The position numbers and the translations under genes were made by a program. A stretch of DNA of 64,000 nucleotides, from the IMG/VR virus record IMGVR_UViG_3300028394_002659; one strand, 5' to 3'. This DNA is from a virus. This document shows, piece after piece, positions 1 through 10,896 of the stretch. Below the pieces are notes generated by a model. That model searched no databases and was not told where the DNA came from. It worked only from the letters and a program-made list of their open reading frames with translations. Positions within the stretch are counted from its first letter, which is position 1. The number at the start of each line of letters is the position of its first letter.

Positions 1-1
1 C

Positions 2-760
2 CTAATAGTAGCAACTAATACTCAAGACACAGACTATGTGAATTGCAGTGAAACTCTGGCCAAGACCATCAAGTACTGGCACCCTGATGCAAAAATTTGT
101 TTGTTGACCAATGAAGACCGTGAGCCTGATCATTTGTTCGATTACGTTCGCAAGTTTCCGTTTCCCATTGATACGGCTAACCCTTATGCCAATGACTGGC
201 AAGTGTTCAACGCTACACCATTCCGTGAAACAATCAAACTAGAGGCAGACATGTTGATCACCAGCCCTGTTGATCACTGGTGGACCATGTTACGTCATCG
301 TGATGTAGTGGTATCAACAGGCTGTAGAGACTGGAAAGATCAGCGAGCCAAGTCTAGACACTATCGTCAAGTGTTTGATGCCAACCATTTGCCAGATGTT
401 TACAATGCAATTACCTACTGGCGCTTGAGTAAAACAGCACAGGAGTTCTTTGTGACTGTACGCAACATATTTGAAAACTGGCCGCAGTATCGTGCCATGT
501 TAAAATTTCCCGAACAGTCACCGTCGACGGATGTGGTATATGCCATTGCGGCCATGATCCAGGGACCTGAAACATGTACCATGCCTTTTGCCAGTTACCC
601 CACTATCATACACATGAAACGTCATATTATTGCCGCCAAGCGAGATCCTTGGGTGGACGAATTGATTTGTGAATACCGCGATTATGAACTGCGAGTAAAC
701 ACTGTCGTGCAACGTGGTGCATTTCATTACAACGTTAAGAATTGGCACCATGAACGCTGA
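2..760 (+). CDS. Glycosyltransferase-like protein (GT-A/GT8-like), 5' truncated by window edge
   Basis: Frame open from base 2 (LIVATNTQDTDYV...); ETIKLEADML DxD-like motif; late IIHMK and FHY motifs. Confidence 0.55.
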   Translation, partial: LIVATNTQDTDYVNCSETLAKTIKYWHPDAKICLLTNEDREPDHLFDYVRKFPFPIDTANPYANDWQVFNATPFRETIKLEADMLITSPVDHWWTMLRHRDVVVSTGCRDWKDQRAKSRHYRQVFDANHLPDVYNAITYWRLSKTAQEFFVTVRNIFENWPQYRAMLKFPEQSPSTDVVYAIAAMIQGPETCTMPFASYPTIIHMKRHIIAAKRDPWVDELICEYRDYELRVNTVVQRGAFHYNVKNWHHER

Positions 761-1082
761 AGAATTCTGGGCAATCTTGCATGCCATGCCTGAACCACAA
801 TCAGTGTCATGGCGCTTGTACCACGACGAATCAGGTGAGCCAATAACCTACAGCATGGAAGATTTACCTGGTACATACATTGATGTTGATGCTGAAACTT
901 ATGCTCGGGCACCCATGAATGTTCGAGTGCAAGCGGGTCAACTGATTGAATTAAAATCTGCTGTGCGCAGACTTACACCTACAGATACAGGAACTGCTTG
1001 CCATCCCGACAACGTGGCCATAGTAGTGCCTGCAACAGAGCCTTACCAAAGATGGAGTATGAAAACACATGAATCCTATTGA
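750..1082 (+). CDS. Hypothetical protein
   Basis: ATG 750 (MNAEEFW) overlaps end of previous gene; coupled to next gene. Confidence 0.6.
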   Translation: MNAEEFWAILHAMPEPQSVSWRLYHDESGEPITYSMEDLPGTYIDVDAETYARAPMNVRVQAGQLIELKSAVRRLTPTDTGTACHPDNVAIVVPATEPYQRWSMKTHESY

Positions 1083-1995
1083 CATTGCAGACCTAGACTG
1101 CATCTACCTATCATATGACGAACCCGAAAAAGAACAATATTGGATCCGAATTAAAAACATGGTGCCTTGGGCCCGTAGGGTCGATGGTGTACTGGGAAGC
1201 GATGCGGCACACAAAGCCGCGGCCCTGGCAAGTGACACCGAAAGATTTATCCTTGTGGATGGAGACAATATCCCCGATCCGGCGTTTTTTAATCAAACAC
1301 TTGATTTTGCCACATCAGACCATGAGCGGGCTGTGTTCCGGTGGCGGGCTCGTAATCATGTGAACGGACTCATGTATGGCAATGGTGGCCTGAGTTCATG
1401 GACTCGAGAACATGTGATGAACATGCGCACACACGAGAATACAGACGGACGCGATGAAACTGTGGTAGAGTTTTGTTTTGATCCCTTGTACTGGGCCATG
1501 CATGACTGCTACAGCACAACTTATCCCAACCAAAGCCCATTCCATGCCTGGCGTGCCGGCTTTCGTGAAGGTGTAAAGATGTGTTTGAATCAAGGTTCCA
1601 AACCCACTATACAAGACTTCAAACAACGTGTGCATCAACGCAACCTAGATAATTTGACTATTTGGCACAACGTGGGTGCAGATGTGGAAAATGGCATGTG
1701 GTGCATTGCAGGAAGTCGTATGGGCACATATATGACCATGCTGACCAATGTGGATTACATAATGGTACAGGACTTTGAACGACTACGTGAACTGTGGGAC
1801 ACAGTAAAGGATAGTGATCCGCGCTTGCTGGCCAACCGTGTGGCAGAAGAATTAGGGACCACACTAGACCTGCCCTTGGCCATGCTGGAAGCAGAACAAA
1901 GCCAATTCTTCAAGCATCACTATCGATCAAACTTTACAAACCGTGGCATCATGACTAGAGAAATAGACATTATTCGTCAACAAGAGGGCTGGTAA
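1069..1995 (+). CDS. GT-A-like phage protein, homologous to C-terminus of 18132-20138
   Basis: DCIYLSYDEP, RVDGVLG, LVDGD, ARNHVNGLMYG, AWRAGFREGVK. Confidence 0.6.
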   Translation: MNPIDIADLDCIYLSYDEPEKEQYWIRIKNMVPWARRVDGVLGSDAAHKAAALASDTERFILVDGDNIPDPAFFNQTLDFATSDHERAVFRWRARNHVNGLMYGNGGLSSWTREHVMNMRTHENTDGRDETVVEFCFDPLYWAMHDCYSTTYPNQSPFHAWRAGFREGVKMCLNQGSKPTIQDFKQRVHQRNLDNLTIWHNVGADVENGMWCIAGSRMGTYMTMLTNVDYIMVQDFERLRELWDTVKDSDPRLLANRVAEELGTTLDLPLAMLEAEQSQFFKHHYRSNFTNRGIMTREIDIIRQQEGW

Positions 1996-3374
1996 TGGAT
2001 AACAAGAGTGTGTTCATGGGCTCAGCAGAGCAAATGAAAGACAAACTGGGTCCTGCACTATGTTTGGCCAAATGGAAACAAGTCAGCCTGCACTTGCCTA
2101 CAGGACTCAACAATTCCTGCTACCATCCACCGCTACATGCCATAGACCCCGAAGCAGTCAAACTCAATCCCAGTGCTCTACACAATACCGAGCACAAAAA
2201 ACAACAGAGACAAATAATGTTGCGCAATGAGCGGCCACAAGAATGCTCCTATTGCTGGAACATGGAAGATCGGGGCAAATTGAGTGATCGACACTATCGT
2301 TCGGGCGAACCCTGGGCCGCCATGGACTTTGAACAAATAAAAAATTCGACAGGAGCCGAAGATGATATTATCCCTAGTTATGTTGAAGTTAATTTTAATC
2401 ACGCTTGCAATCTCAAGTGTAGTTATTGTAGTCCTCAATTTAGTAGCAGTTGGCACGATGAAGCACAGAGAATGGGGCCTTATGCTACCAGTACTCCGCA
2501 CAACAGTCTGGACCATTTTACCGGGAATAGGCGCATTATTCCTGCCCGAGAGCATAACCCTTATGTAGAAGCATTTTGGGCCTGGTGGCCCCAACTATAT
2601 CCCACACTGGAACACTTTAGAATGACCGGTGGTGAACCGCTAATGGACAAGAACACATACAGAGTGTTTGACCATGTGATTGAAAATCCGTCAAAGAAAC
2701 TGCACTTGAACGTTACATCAAACTTCTCAGTAGATGAAGTGTTGTTTCAAAAGTATCTGACCGCTGTCAAAACCATTTGTGATGGCCGCATAGAACATTT
2801 CATGCAGTATGTGAGTTTAGATGGCTGGGGTGCTCAAGCAGAGTACATGCGACACGGTATGACGTTTGATCTAGTGTGGTCACGTGTGGATCAATACTTG
2901 ACTCAAGTGCCCTCCTACAACAGTCTAACGTTTATTATCACAATGAACAATCTGTCAGTGAGCAGTCTGCAACAACTGCTGGAGGGCATACTGGAACTAC
3001 GTCGGAAACATAGCACAACATATCAGCGTGTGTGGTTTGATACACCTGTGCTTAGACAGCCTGCCTGGCAAAGCCTACAGACCTTGCCTGAATCATATGC
3101 ACAGCGACTAGAAAGTGTTCGAGACTGGATGAGTCAAAATTTAATCACAGACACCAATCCCTATCACGGATTCAAAGACTATGAAGTGGCACGCCTGGAT
3201 AGAGACATTGCCTGGATGCGTAGTGCGCAGGCACAAGATCATTCTGTGGCTCGTGCAGATTTTTATCGTTTCTTTGCGGAACATGATTGCCGCCGAGGCA
3301 CAGACTTCTTGGCAACATTTCCTGAAATGCGTGCCTGGTGGGCCGAATGTGAGTATCATGCCAAAAACACATAA
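1995..3374 (+). CDS. Radical SAM protein with N-terminal Twitch/SPASM-like domain (#1)
   Basis: CLAKW..SCYH..CSYCW, then CNLKCSYC and TGGEP. Confidence 0.9.
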   Translation: MDNKSVFMGSAEQMKDKLGPALCLAKWKQVSLHLPTGLNNSCYHPPLHAIDPEAVKLNPSALHNTEHKKQQRQIMLRNERPQECSYCWNMEDRGKLSDRHYRSGEPWAAMDFEQIKNSTGAEDDIIPSYVEVNFNHACNLKCSYCSPQFSSSWHDEAQRMGPYATSTPHNSLDHFTGNRRIIPAREHNPYVEAFWAWWPQLYPTLEHFRMTGGEPLMDKNTYRVFDHVIENPSKKLHLNVTSNFSVDEVLFQKYLTAVKTICDGRIEHFMQYVSLDGWGAQAEYMRHGMTFDLVWSRVDQYLTQVPSYNSLTFIITMNNLSVSSLQQLLEGILELRRKHSTTYQRVWFDTPVLRQPAWQSLQTLPESYAQRLESVRDWMSQNLITDTNPYHGFKDYEVARLDRDIAWMRSAQAQDHSVARADFYRFFAEHDCRRGTDFLATFPEMRAWWAECEYHAKNT

Positions 3375-4476
3375 ACTCATATGCGATACTTTCTGTGAAA
3401 TATATCCACAGATAGCACAGTTTTGTGACAATACATTTTGGGATTTTGATCAGCATGAGCCGCAAGCAGGCTCTGTCACAGTGATAAGTCGTCAAGCATT
3501 CAATCAGCACCATGTGAAGATTAAAGAATTGGCCAGTACTGGTTTCTTTTATCCTGTGTTGGCCAACCCTACAGAAGGATCTAGTACATTGAAACATCAA
3601 TGTGAACGCCTGGGTCTAATAGATTTATTAAAACAGAACAAAATGGCCCTGGTAGGCTGTGGTGACATGGAATCTGACCTACCGCACTTGTTCTACGACA
3701 GTTATTTGTGCAAACCATATGAGTACAAAGAAAATCGTGATCAATGTGCCAGAGTAGATGAAATATATGCCAAACTACATAAACCCTACAAGTTCTTGTT
3801 TTTAAATGGCCGCACACGCCCGCACAGAAAATACATGATTGAAAGTCTGCGTACATTGTTAGATCAGGCATTGTGGACCAATCTAGACATTGCACCAGTG
3901 TACCATCACACATACCAAACTGATCTGTTGTCCAGACCTTCAAAAATACAGTTGTTGCCCGCAAAATATGAAGTTGACCAATTTCGTGTGGGCTTGGATA
4001 TGGCACACCAAAACTCCTTTGTCAAGGCAGAATTATTTAATGACCATTGGGGAGAAATCTACATACAGGCTGAACCTTATGTTGATACCTATTTTAGTTT
4101 GGTAACAGAAACAGTATGCGATTATCCATACAGTTTGCGCAGTGAAAAGATATACAAACCCATTGCCATGGGCCATCCCTGGATAGCAGTGGCCAATTGT
4201 GGTTTTTATCGGGACTTAAAAAAACAAGGATTCCAAACCTACAGTCATCTAATAGACGAATCATTTGATCTAATGGACAACAATCAAGACAGACTAGATA
4301 GAATTGTAGCGGTGGTACAAGATCTATGTCAACAAGACCTGGCAAAATTCCTGGTTGCGGCGGAACAAATAAGTAAGTATAATCAACAGCATATGGCCGA
4401 CCTTGGCCCTAAAATTCGCGCTGAATTCCCCCAGCAGTTCCTGGACTTTGTGGACCGCACATTCAACCTCAAATGA
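3358..4476 (+). CDS. GT10 (fucosyltransferase)-like protein
   Basis: Start moved to MPKTHK; FLFLNGRTRPHR, YFSLVTET, SEKIYKPIAMGHP, GFQTY..IDESFD. Confidence 0.6.
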   Translation: MPKTHKLICDTFCEIYPQIAQFCDNTFWDFDQHEPQAGSVTVISRQAFNQHHVKIKELASTGFFYPVLANPTEGSSTLKHQCERLGLIDLLKQNKMALVGCGDMESDLPHLFYDSYLCKPYEYKENRDQCARVDEIYAKLHKPYKFLFLNGRTRPHRKYMIESLRTLLDQALWTNLDIAPVYHHTYQTDLLSRPSKIQLLPAKYEVDQFRVGLDMAHQNSFVKAELFNDHWGEIYIQAEPYVDTYFSLVTETVCDYPYSLRSEKIYKPIAMGHPWIAVANCGFYRDLKKQGFQTYSHLIDESFDLMDNNQDRLDRIVAVVQDLCQQDLAKFLVAAEQISKYNQQHMADLGPKIRAEFPQQFLDFVDRTFNLK

Positions 4477-5570
4477 TCACAAGTATAATTAATTCCTTTC
4501 CTGAACAATGGGTTTATGGCAGTTACGAACAGTCAATACTTCGCGGTATTCAGCAACAGATTGATCAGACTTTCCCCACGCAACGCAATCTGCTGTTCAA
4601 TACCACCTGGCGCTTGCCGCCCAGCGAGGATGCGGAACTGCAACAAATACTCACAGCAGGAGAACAGTTTGACAACTTGTTTGTGGTGTCCACTGTGGAT
4701 TACTTTTCACAGCATCACGAACCAGTGGTACTGGAACTAATCCAACGCCTGGCGATCAAACACACATACTTCCTGGGCAACTTTGACACCCCCAGCCCCA
4801 TCTGGGCGCCTGCAGACAGCACAACCATTTACTTTAACTTTTTTGCTATTGTGTGCAGAGATCATTTTGAAATATATCAAACACAAGAATTAGTATTGAC
4901 TGATCCCAAGTACTTGTTTATCAGTTACAATCGCAAACCTTACCCACATAGATTGGCATTTGTAAAAAAGTTAATCGAACACAATCTAAAGGATCTTGGA
5001 GTAGTGACCCTGGGAAGATCTTTCGACGGGGATACAGGGCCGGACAAGGATCTTTATTTCTCCATTGGAGAGAAAAATCAGGACTATGTAAAATACGGAC
5101 ACTGGTACCCTGAAAGCTCAGCCGCTACCCCACACGACATCCCACACGACCTTTTTAGTTTGCACAATATGCATTATTGGCAACATCATTTCTTGCACAT
5201 AGTAGGTGGCACCAGTAACAATCCTCGAAATCAATTTATAAATCAAATTGATTTTAAACCCATTATTGGCCTGCGACCTTTCTTGATCAACGGACAAACA
5301 CAACATTACGAATTCTGGGAACACAATGGATTTCGTATGTTTGATCATTATTTTCCGGGACTGAAACTTCGTCCTGATCCCACAATAGATCCCAATGACA
5401 CACTACACACTGCATTGATTGCGGCAATAAAACAACTGAGTACAGCCAGCCCAACTGAACTACTAGATATGTACAACCGCATGCTACCGGACTTGTTGCA
5501 TAATAGACAACGTTGGTATGAATGGGCTGATGAACAAAACCACATAGTTAGTAACTTATTCAATGAATGA
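4473..5570 (+). CDS. Divergent GT10-like protein
   Basis: FISYNRKPYPHR, FKPIIGLRPF, GFRMF; ATGA coupling. Confidence 0.5.
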   Translation: MITSIINSFPEQWVYGSYEQSILRGIQQQIDQTFPTQRNLLFNTTWRLPPSEDAELQQILTAGEQFDNLFVVSTVDYFSQHHEPVVLELIQRLAIKHTYFLGNFDTPSPIWAPADSTTIYFNFFAIVCRDHFEIYQTQELVLTDPKYLFISYNRKPYPHRLAFVKKLIEHNLKDLGVVTLGRSFDGDTGPDKDLYFSIGEKNQDYVKYGHWYPESSAATPHDIPHDLFSLHNMHYWQHHFLHIVGGTSNNPRNQFINQIDFKPIIGLRPFLINGQTQHYEFWEHNGFRMFDHYFPGLKLRPDPTIDPNDTLHTALIAAIKQLSTASPTELLDMYNRMLPDLLHNRQRWYEWADEQNHIVSNLFNE

Positions 5571-6894
5571 TCTAGAATTTAAACACACAGTATTAGACCC
5601 TCTCTCAGCCAGTTTCTGTGCGGCGAAATGGTACAACGCAACCATTTGGTTAGGATCAGGGCAGACTACCAGTTGCCATCACCCGCCAGCCCATTTGGTG
5701 GACCCGGATCGAGTACGTTCCAACCCTAGGCTACTGCACAACACTGATCAAAAGAAAGAGGATCGTCGTAAAATGCTTGCGGGCGAACGTCCTGCAGGTT
5801 GTGAGTATTGTTGGAAGATCGAAGACATGGGATTGGACGCTGTGTCAGACCGTGTGTACAAAAGTAAGATATACCCCATAGAGGCCTTGAATGAAGCATT
5901 TAATACTGCACCCGATACCGACGTCAATCTCCGCACACTGGAAATTGCTTTTGATCGTACTTGTCAGTTTGCTTGCTCCTATTGTAATCCTGCTTTTAGC
6001 ACAACTTGGGTCAAGGACATACGTACAAATGGACCCTACAATGATCTTGTCAGTGACGGTCGCAACCACTTTACTCATACTCACGATAATGCACAACTGT
6101 TTAGGATCACAGAGGCTAATCCTTATATTGACGCATTTTTTGCTTGGTGGGAAACAGATCTACATCATACCCTTCAGGAACTTAGAATTACCGGAGGAGA
6201 GCCCCTTATGTCTGCCCATACCTGGCGACTCATTGATTGGTTTCGAGATAATCAGGGCAAGAGTAGCACACGCTTGGCTATCAATAGTAATCTGGGCACC
6301 GAAGTTGACATTGATCGATTACTTGCCAGTACACATGGCATGGCCATCGACTTATACACAAGCAATGAGGCAATCTCCACTCAAGCAGAGTATATACGTG
6401 ACGGCCTGATCTGGGACGACTGGGCCAACAATGTAGAACGCTTGTTAGATTCGGGGCAGTTCCGGGGCATACACGTTATGTGTACCATTAATGCACTGTG
6501 CCTGAGCACACTGGATCAGTTGTTAGAGTGCATAATGAATTGGAAAATGGAATACGGAAAGGATGCTATAAGTTTCACACTAAATATCTTACGCTTTCCG
6601 TCATTTCAATCACCATTGATTCTACCCGACGCCCAGCGCCAAGTATATAGACAACGCTTGGTCACATGGCTGGCGCATTGGTCTGACAGTGACGTCATAC
6701 ACGAACACGAAGTCAATCACACACAACGATTAATAGATTACTTGGATGTGGTCAAGACCCCGCATTCAGAAGCATTTGATCGCCCCAAACTATTAAATGA
6801 TTTTCGACAGTTTTATTCACAGTATGATCAACGTAGATCAAAAGACTTTGACACAGCATTTCCCGAATTAAAAGAATGGTACAACGCATTATGA
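5563..6894 (+). CDS. N-Twitch radical SAM protein (#2)
   Basis: CAAKW..SCHH..CEYCW; CQFACSYC; TGGEP. Confidence 0.9.
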   Translation: MNDLEFKHTVLDPLSASFCAAKWYNATIWLGSGQTTSCHHPPAHLVDPDRVRSNPRLLHNTDQKKEDRRKMLAGERPAGCEYCWKIEDMGLDAVSDRVYKSKIYPIEALNEAFNTAPDTDVNLRTLEIAFDRTCQFACSYCNPAFSTTWVKDIRTNGPYNDLVSDGRNHFTHTHDNAQLFRITEANPYIDAFFAWWETDLHHTLQELRITGGEPLMSAHTWRLIDWFRDNQGKSSTRLAINSNLGTEVDIDRLLASTHGMAIDLYTSNEAISTQAEYIRDGLIWDDWANNVERLLDSGQFRGIHVMCTINALCLSTLDQLLECIMNWKMEYGKDAISFTLNILRFPSFQSPLILPDAQRQVYRQRLVTWLAHWSDSDVIHEHEVNHTQRLIDYLDVVKTPHSEAFDRPKLLNDFRQFYSQYDQRRSKDFDTAFPELKEWYNAL

Positions 6895-8573
6895 TACTAG
6901 CACACGAGATAAACAGATTAAAACAACAATATGACATAGTGTCAGTCATTGATCTAGACCAATGGCATGACTTGTCTGACTTTGATAAAAAAGCCTGGCT
7001 ACGAACAGTATTTGGTTCTGTGCATCAGCCGGTGTTTGAAAATAACCAACGCATACTGCTCACACTCACTCGTGGTGACGTTTACTCAGACAACTACAGT
7101 TTGGTTGGACAACTGCTAGAACAAGTGCAAAGACGTCTAAACGAAATTGATATCAGCAATTTTTTTGTTATATTGTTAACCACAGATGCTACCTTGCCCG
7201 AAGCATACAGCAAATCGTTTGATAGGATCAGCAGTGACCGTGTGCCAATTGAAATTGTTGTGTATGCCCAAGACATAACAAAAAAGATCGTGCGCAACGC
7301 ATATAATTCCCAAGAACCATTGAAAATAGATCTGGCTCAGTTGACTCAAGTTGACCAGGATCTACTGACCAAAAGCAAAACATTTTGTATGCTGCCTTGG
7401 ATTCATTTCCACGCCTACCCCAATGGCAAAGCATATCCTTGTTGTTCAGCAGACATGCAGTTCCCGATGGGGGACATGCGCCAGCACACCATAAAAGAAA
7501 TATGGAATCAGGAGCCCCTACGCGAGATCCGCAGAAACATGCTGAATAGCACTCCAGTACATGCTTGTAATCGTTGTTACGAGCAAGAGGAAGTGGGATT
7601 CATGAGTGGACGTATCAGTGCCAACAAACACTTTGGACACCATATAAACAAAACTCACAACACACAGCCGGATGGTACATTGGATGAATTTGAATTGACT
7701 TACTGGGACATTCGATTTAGTAATCTATGTAATTTAAGTTGTCGCAGTTGTGGCCACATCTTTAGTTCAAGTTGGTACAAAGATCAAGCCCAATTGGCAG
7801 GTCCTGAATGGAAAAAACACAACAAGGTACTAAACTATGCTGGAAGATTCGAAATAGACGCATGGGATCAATTGGTAGAACACATTGAGCACGTGGAGCA
7901 GATTTACTTTGCCGGCGGGGAACCATTGTTGATGGAAGAGCATTATCGCATCTTAGACGAACTGGTGCGACGCAAAATGTTCCATGTACGGTTGGTGTAT
8001 AACACCAACTTTACCCACACAGATTTAAAAGGACGCAGTGTATTTGAATATTGGAAACAGTTCAAATCAGTATCTGTTGGCGCCAGTCTAGATGGCATGG
8101 GACTGCCCGCTGAATACATACGCAAAGGTACCCGCTGGTATGATGTGGTAAAAAACCGTCACGAGATGATTGCAATATGTCCTGGGGTGGATTTTTATAT
8201 TAGCCCTACCTTGAGCATAATGAATGCTTGGCACCTGCCAGATTTTCATCGCGAATGGGTGGCTGCCGGGTTGATTCGTGCCCAGGATCTCAATGTAAAT
8301 ATCTTGCAAGATCCCCCGTACTATAGAATAGATATTGCACCGCAGGAATACAAACAACGACTGGAAGAAAAATATCGCAAGCACCTGAGTTGGATGAGCG
8401 ACCGGGATCCGCTACAGCGTGCCACACAAGGGTTTGAATCGGCCATTACCTTTATGAACGCAACAGACAACAGCCATTTAATTGACAAGTTCTGGGAAAA
8501 GACCAATCAACTTGATGGAATCAGAAATGAATCGTGGGCAGACGCATTGCCTGAATTGGCAGCATTAAAATGA
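6891..8573 (+). CDS. N-Twitch radical SAM protein (#3) with extra N-terminal domain
   Basis: ATGA overlap at 6891; CMLPW..PCC..CNRC; CNLSCRSC; AGGEP. Confidence 0.9.
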   Translation: MILAHEINRLKQQYDIVSVIDLDQWHDLSDFDKKAWLRTVFGSVHQPVFENNQRILLTLTRGDVYSDNYSLVGQLLEQVQRRLNEIDISNFFVILLTTDATLPEAYSKSFDRISSDRVPIEIVVYAQDITKKIVRNAYNSQEPLKIDLAQLTQVDQDLLTKSKTFCMLPWIHFHAYPNGKAYPCCSADMQFPMGDMRQHTIKEIWNQEPLREIRRNMLNSTPVHACNRCYEQEEVGFMSGRISANKHFGHHINKTHNTQPDGTLDEFELTYWDIRFSNLCNLSCRSCGHIFSSSWYKDQAQLAGPEWKKHNKVLNYAGRFEIDAWDQLVEHIEHVEQIYFAGGEPLLMEEHYRILDELVRRKMFHVRLVYNTNFTHTDLKGRSVFEYWKQFKSVSVGASLDGMGLPAEYIRKGTRWYDVVKNRHEMIAICPGVDFYISPTLSIMNAWHLPDFHREWVAAGLIRAQDLNVNILQDPPYYRIDIAPQEYKQRLEEKYRKHLSWMSDRDPLQRATQGFESAITFMNATDNSHLIDKFWEKTNQLDGIRNESWADALPELAALK

Positions 8574-8668
8574 CAGCATTGGCACTGGGTTGTAGCCATA
8601 GTGCTGTGTGTCACGGACAATGGGCACAACGATTACATGGATCATTAAATGAAATTACCACAAGATAA
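8570..8668 (+). pseudogene. 32-aa ORF, probable internally deleted SGNH-like gene
   Basis: MTALALGCSHSAVCHGQWAQRLHGSLNEITTR; joins motifs resembling both ends of 54949-55677 (GCSHTA...HRLWAEH). Confidence 0.5.
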
Positions 8669-9863
8669 ATTTTGTGTACTACCTTGGATTAGCCTAGAAG
8701 CCTCACCCATTGGTACAGTGCGTCCATGCTGTCTGGCCGATGACGAAATTGTAGACAACGCAGGAAATAAGTTTGAATTAAGCACTGCCAATTTTGTGGA
8801 CATACAAAACTCAAATTACATGCGCAATCTACGCCAACAATTCCTGGACAGCGAACAACCACAAACATGTCGCAAGTGTTGGTCAGAAGAGCGTTCGGGG
8901 CGCACAAGCAAAAGAATGCACACCTTGGATAGACTCAAGCACATGGGCATTGGGTCAGAATTCACAGCAGATGCCAAACCCCTGATGTTTCTGGACCTTA
9001 AATTAGGCAATATATGTAATCTTAAATGTCGTATATGCGGGTCATGGTCCAGCAGCCAATTTGCCGCAGAAGAAATTGCACAATTGCCCCGGGACGAACA
9101 GAAAAAGTCACACGCTTACACAATGCTACGTGCTGGTGCTTGGCCCAGGGACAATCCTCAATTCTGGGATCAAATTGACTCAGTGGTCGATGACATACGC
9201 TATATTGAATTCACTGGCGGTGAGCCATTTATGATTGCAGAACACTTTGACATGCTTCGAGGCATTGTGGATCGCGGTATAGCGCATCAAGTAGAAATAC
9301 ACTACAACACAAATGGCACACAATATCCTGAGCAGGCTGAGTCAATTTGGAAGCATTTTAAAACAGTGGAAATAGCATTTTCAATAGATGATGTGGGCGA
9401 GCGTTTTGAATATCAACGCTCCAATGCTGAGTGGGCTCTGGTTTGTGAAAATCTAGATCGTTTCACAGATCTAAAGGAAATACACCCCAATATTCAACTG
9501 CAAGTGTGTACCACAGTCAACGTGTTCAATGTGCGTTATCTTGGCAACGTTGCGACTTGGCTGGAACGCAACCGTGCGAGTTTCTCTTTTGTGTACTGGA
9601 ACATGATGCACGATGCCTGGTATTTCTCAATTGCTTGTTTGCCCGATGTGGCCAAACAAGCCATCACCGAATACTTGGATTCAGTGAATACCATTTATCG
9701 TGGGGAATTTGATCGTATACGGGACTTTATGAATTCAGGTGCATCAACCGACGGCTTTATGACACGCATGAAAATTGCTGACCTAGATCGCAAACGCAAC
9801 CAAGACCTGCGCCGAGTAGCACCAGAATTGGCTGACTTGTTGCAGTACCAAAAACATGCGTAA
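8649..9863 (+). CDS. N-Twitch radical SAM protein (#4)
   Basis: CVLPW..PCC..CRKCW; CNLKCRIC; TGGEP. Confidence 0.9.
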   Translation: MKLPQDKFCVLPWISLEASPIGTVRPCCLADDEIVDNAGNKFELSTANFVDIQNSNYMRNLRQQFLDSEQPQTCRKCWSEERSGRTSKRMHTLDRLKHMGIGSEFTADAKPLMFLDLKLGNICNLKCRICGSWSSSQFAAEEIAQLPRDEQKKSHAYTMLRAGAWPRDNPQFWDQIDSVVDDIRYIEFTGGEPFMIAEHFDMLRGIVDRGIAHQVEIHYNTNGTQYPEQAESIWKHFKTVEIAFSIDDVGERFEYQRSNAEWALVCENLDRFTDLKEIHPNIQLQVCTTVNVFNVRYLGNVATWLERNRASFSFVYWNMMHDAWYFSIACLPDVAKQAITEYLDSVNTIYRGEFDRIRDFMNSGASTDGFMTRMKIADLDRKRNQDLRRVAPELADLLQYQKHA

Positions 9864-10896
9864 GATTGTGTACATGTTTCTGCAGGATCAGTCACCGAAT
9901 TGGTTTCGACCGGCCGTGCCTGTGGATTATCCTGTGGATTATTGGGATCCTGATTGCACATATGATGCAGACACTATATTTTATTATGACATGTATGGGC
10001 CATATCACAACACAATACAAACTCATTTAGATCGCGGACATTGCGTGATATTTGACGCAAAGAATGAACACTATGTGCATTATGGTCTGCATTGGGTATT
10101 TGTGCTCATGCTACAACATCCTGGGCAAGGAACAATTATTGTAAGTGGTGATAGTGCAAAGATCATTCCAGGAGTGAAAATTATTGCCACACCGTATTGG
10201 TATTGGATAACAACTCAAAGTGCGCTACATGCTTTTGAGTTAGATCAATATCAACCACAGTCACCTGGGGTAAAAAAGAAATTCTTTATGAGCATTGGGC
10301 TACACCGCCCGGAACGTGATTATCTTTATGACAGTCTGGGGGATCTATTAGAGGACAGCATACACAGTTATAGACACCGTGGAGTCTTTTTACCCGATGA
10401 TTGCTCTATGACACTACAAAATGCAGTGCCGTTAACGCTTAAAGATGCCTGGCAACGATACATCAATACAGACTGGATGGACAGTACCGTCTTTACCCTG
10501 GCTGTGGAAACTTATATTGATGATTGTGCTTTTACGGGCTACAGTTTGACTGAGAATGATCGTTTTTTCTTGAGTGAAAAGAGTTACAAGCCCATGGCCT
10601 GCAAGCATCCTATATTAATGGTCAGCACATCGGGTAATCTAGCACACTTGCGCAGTCAAGGATTTGAAACATTTCCTGAATTATGGGACGAAACATATGA
10701 TGATATCACTGACTGGCGAGAAAGAATCGACCGCATAGTACAAATTGTGCGGGACTTTGATCACAGGCTGCTCGATAATCCTGCAATTAAAGAAAAATTG
10801 TTGTATAATAGCGCAAGGTTCTTTGATCAAGACCTAACAAAAAAATTGCTCAACACCAGTATTGTTGAACCTGTATTGGAATTCGTAAATGCATAA
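9856..10896 (+). CDS. GT10-like protein
   Basis: FTLAVET, SEKSYKPMACKHP, GFETF..WDETYD. Confidence 0.6.
   Translation: MRKIVYMFLQDQSPNWFRPAVPVDYPVDYWDPDCTYDADTIFYYDMYGPYHNTIQTHLDRGHCVIFDAKNEHYVHYGLHWVFVLMLQHPGQGTIIVSGDSAKIIPGVKIIATPYWYWITTQSALHAFELDQYQPQSPGVKKKFFMSIGLHRPERDYLYDSLGDLLEDSIHSYRHRGVFLPDDCSMTLQNAVPLTLKDAWQRYINTDWMDSTVFTLAVETYIDDCAFTGYSLTENDRFFLSEKSYKPMACKHPILMVSTSGNLAHLRSQGFETFPELWDETYDDITDWRERIDRIVQIVRDFDHRLLDNPAIKEKLLYNSARFFDQDLTKKLLNTSIVEPVLEFVNA

Noticed and set aside
3181-3357. Long N-terminal extensions in the ORF track (also 31347-31400, 39966-40016, 44629-44682, 47227-47319, 53542-53661)
   Set aside because: They overlap upstream genes, tRNAs or promoters; downstream starts have better SD or coupling context.
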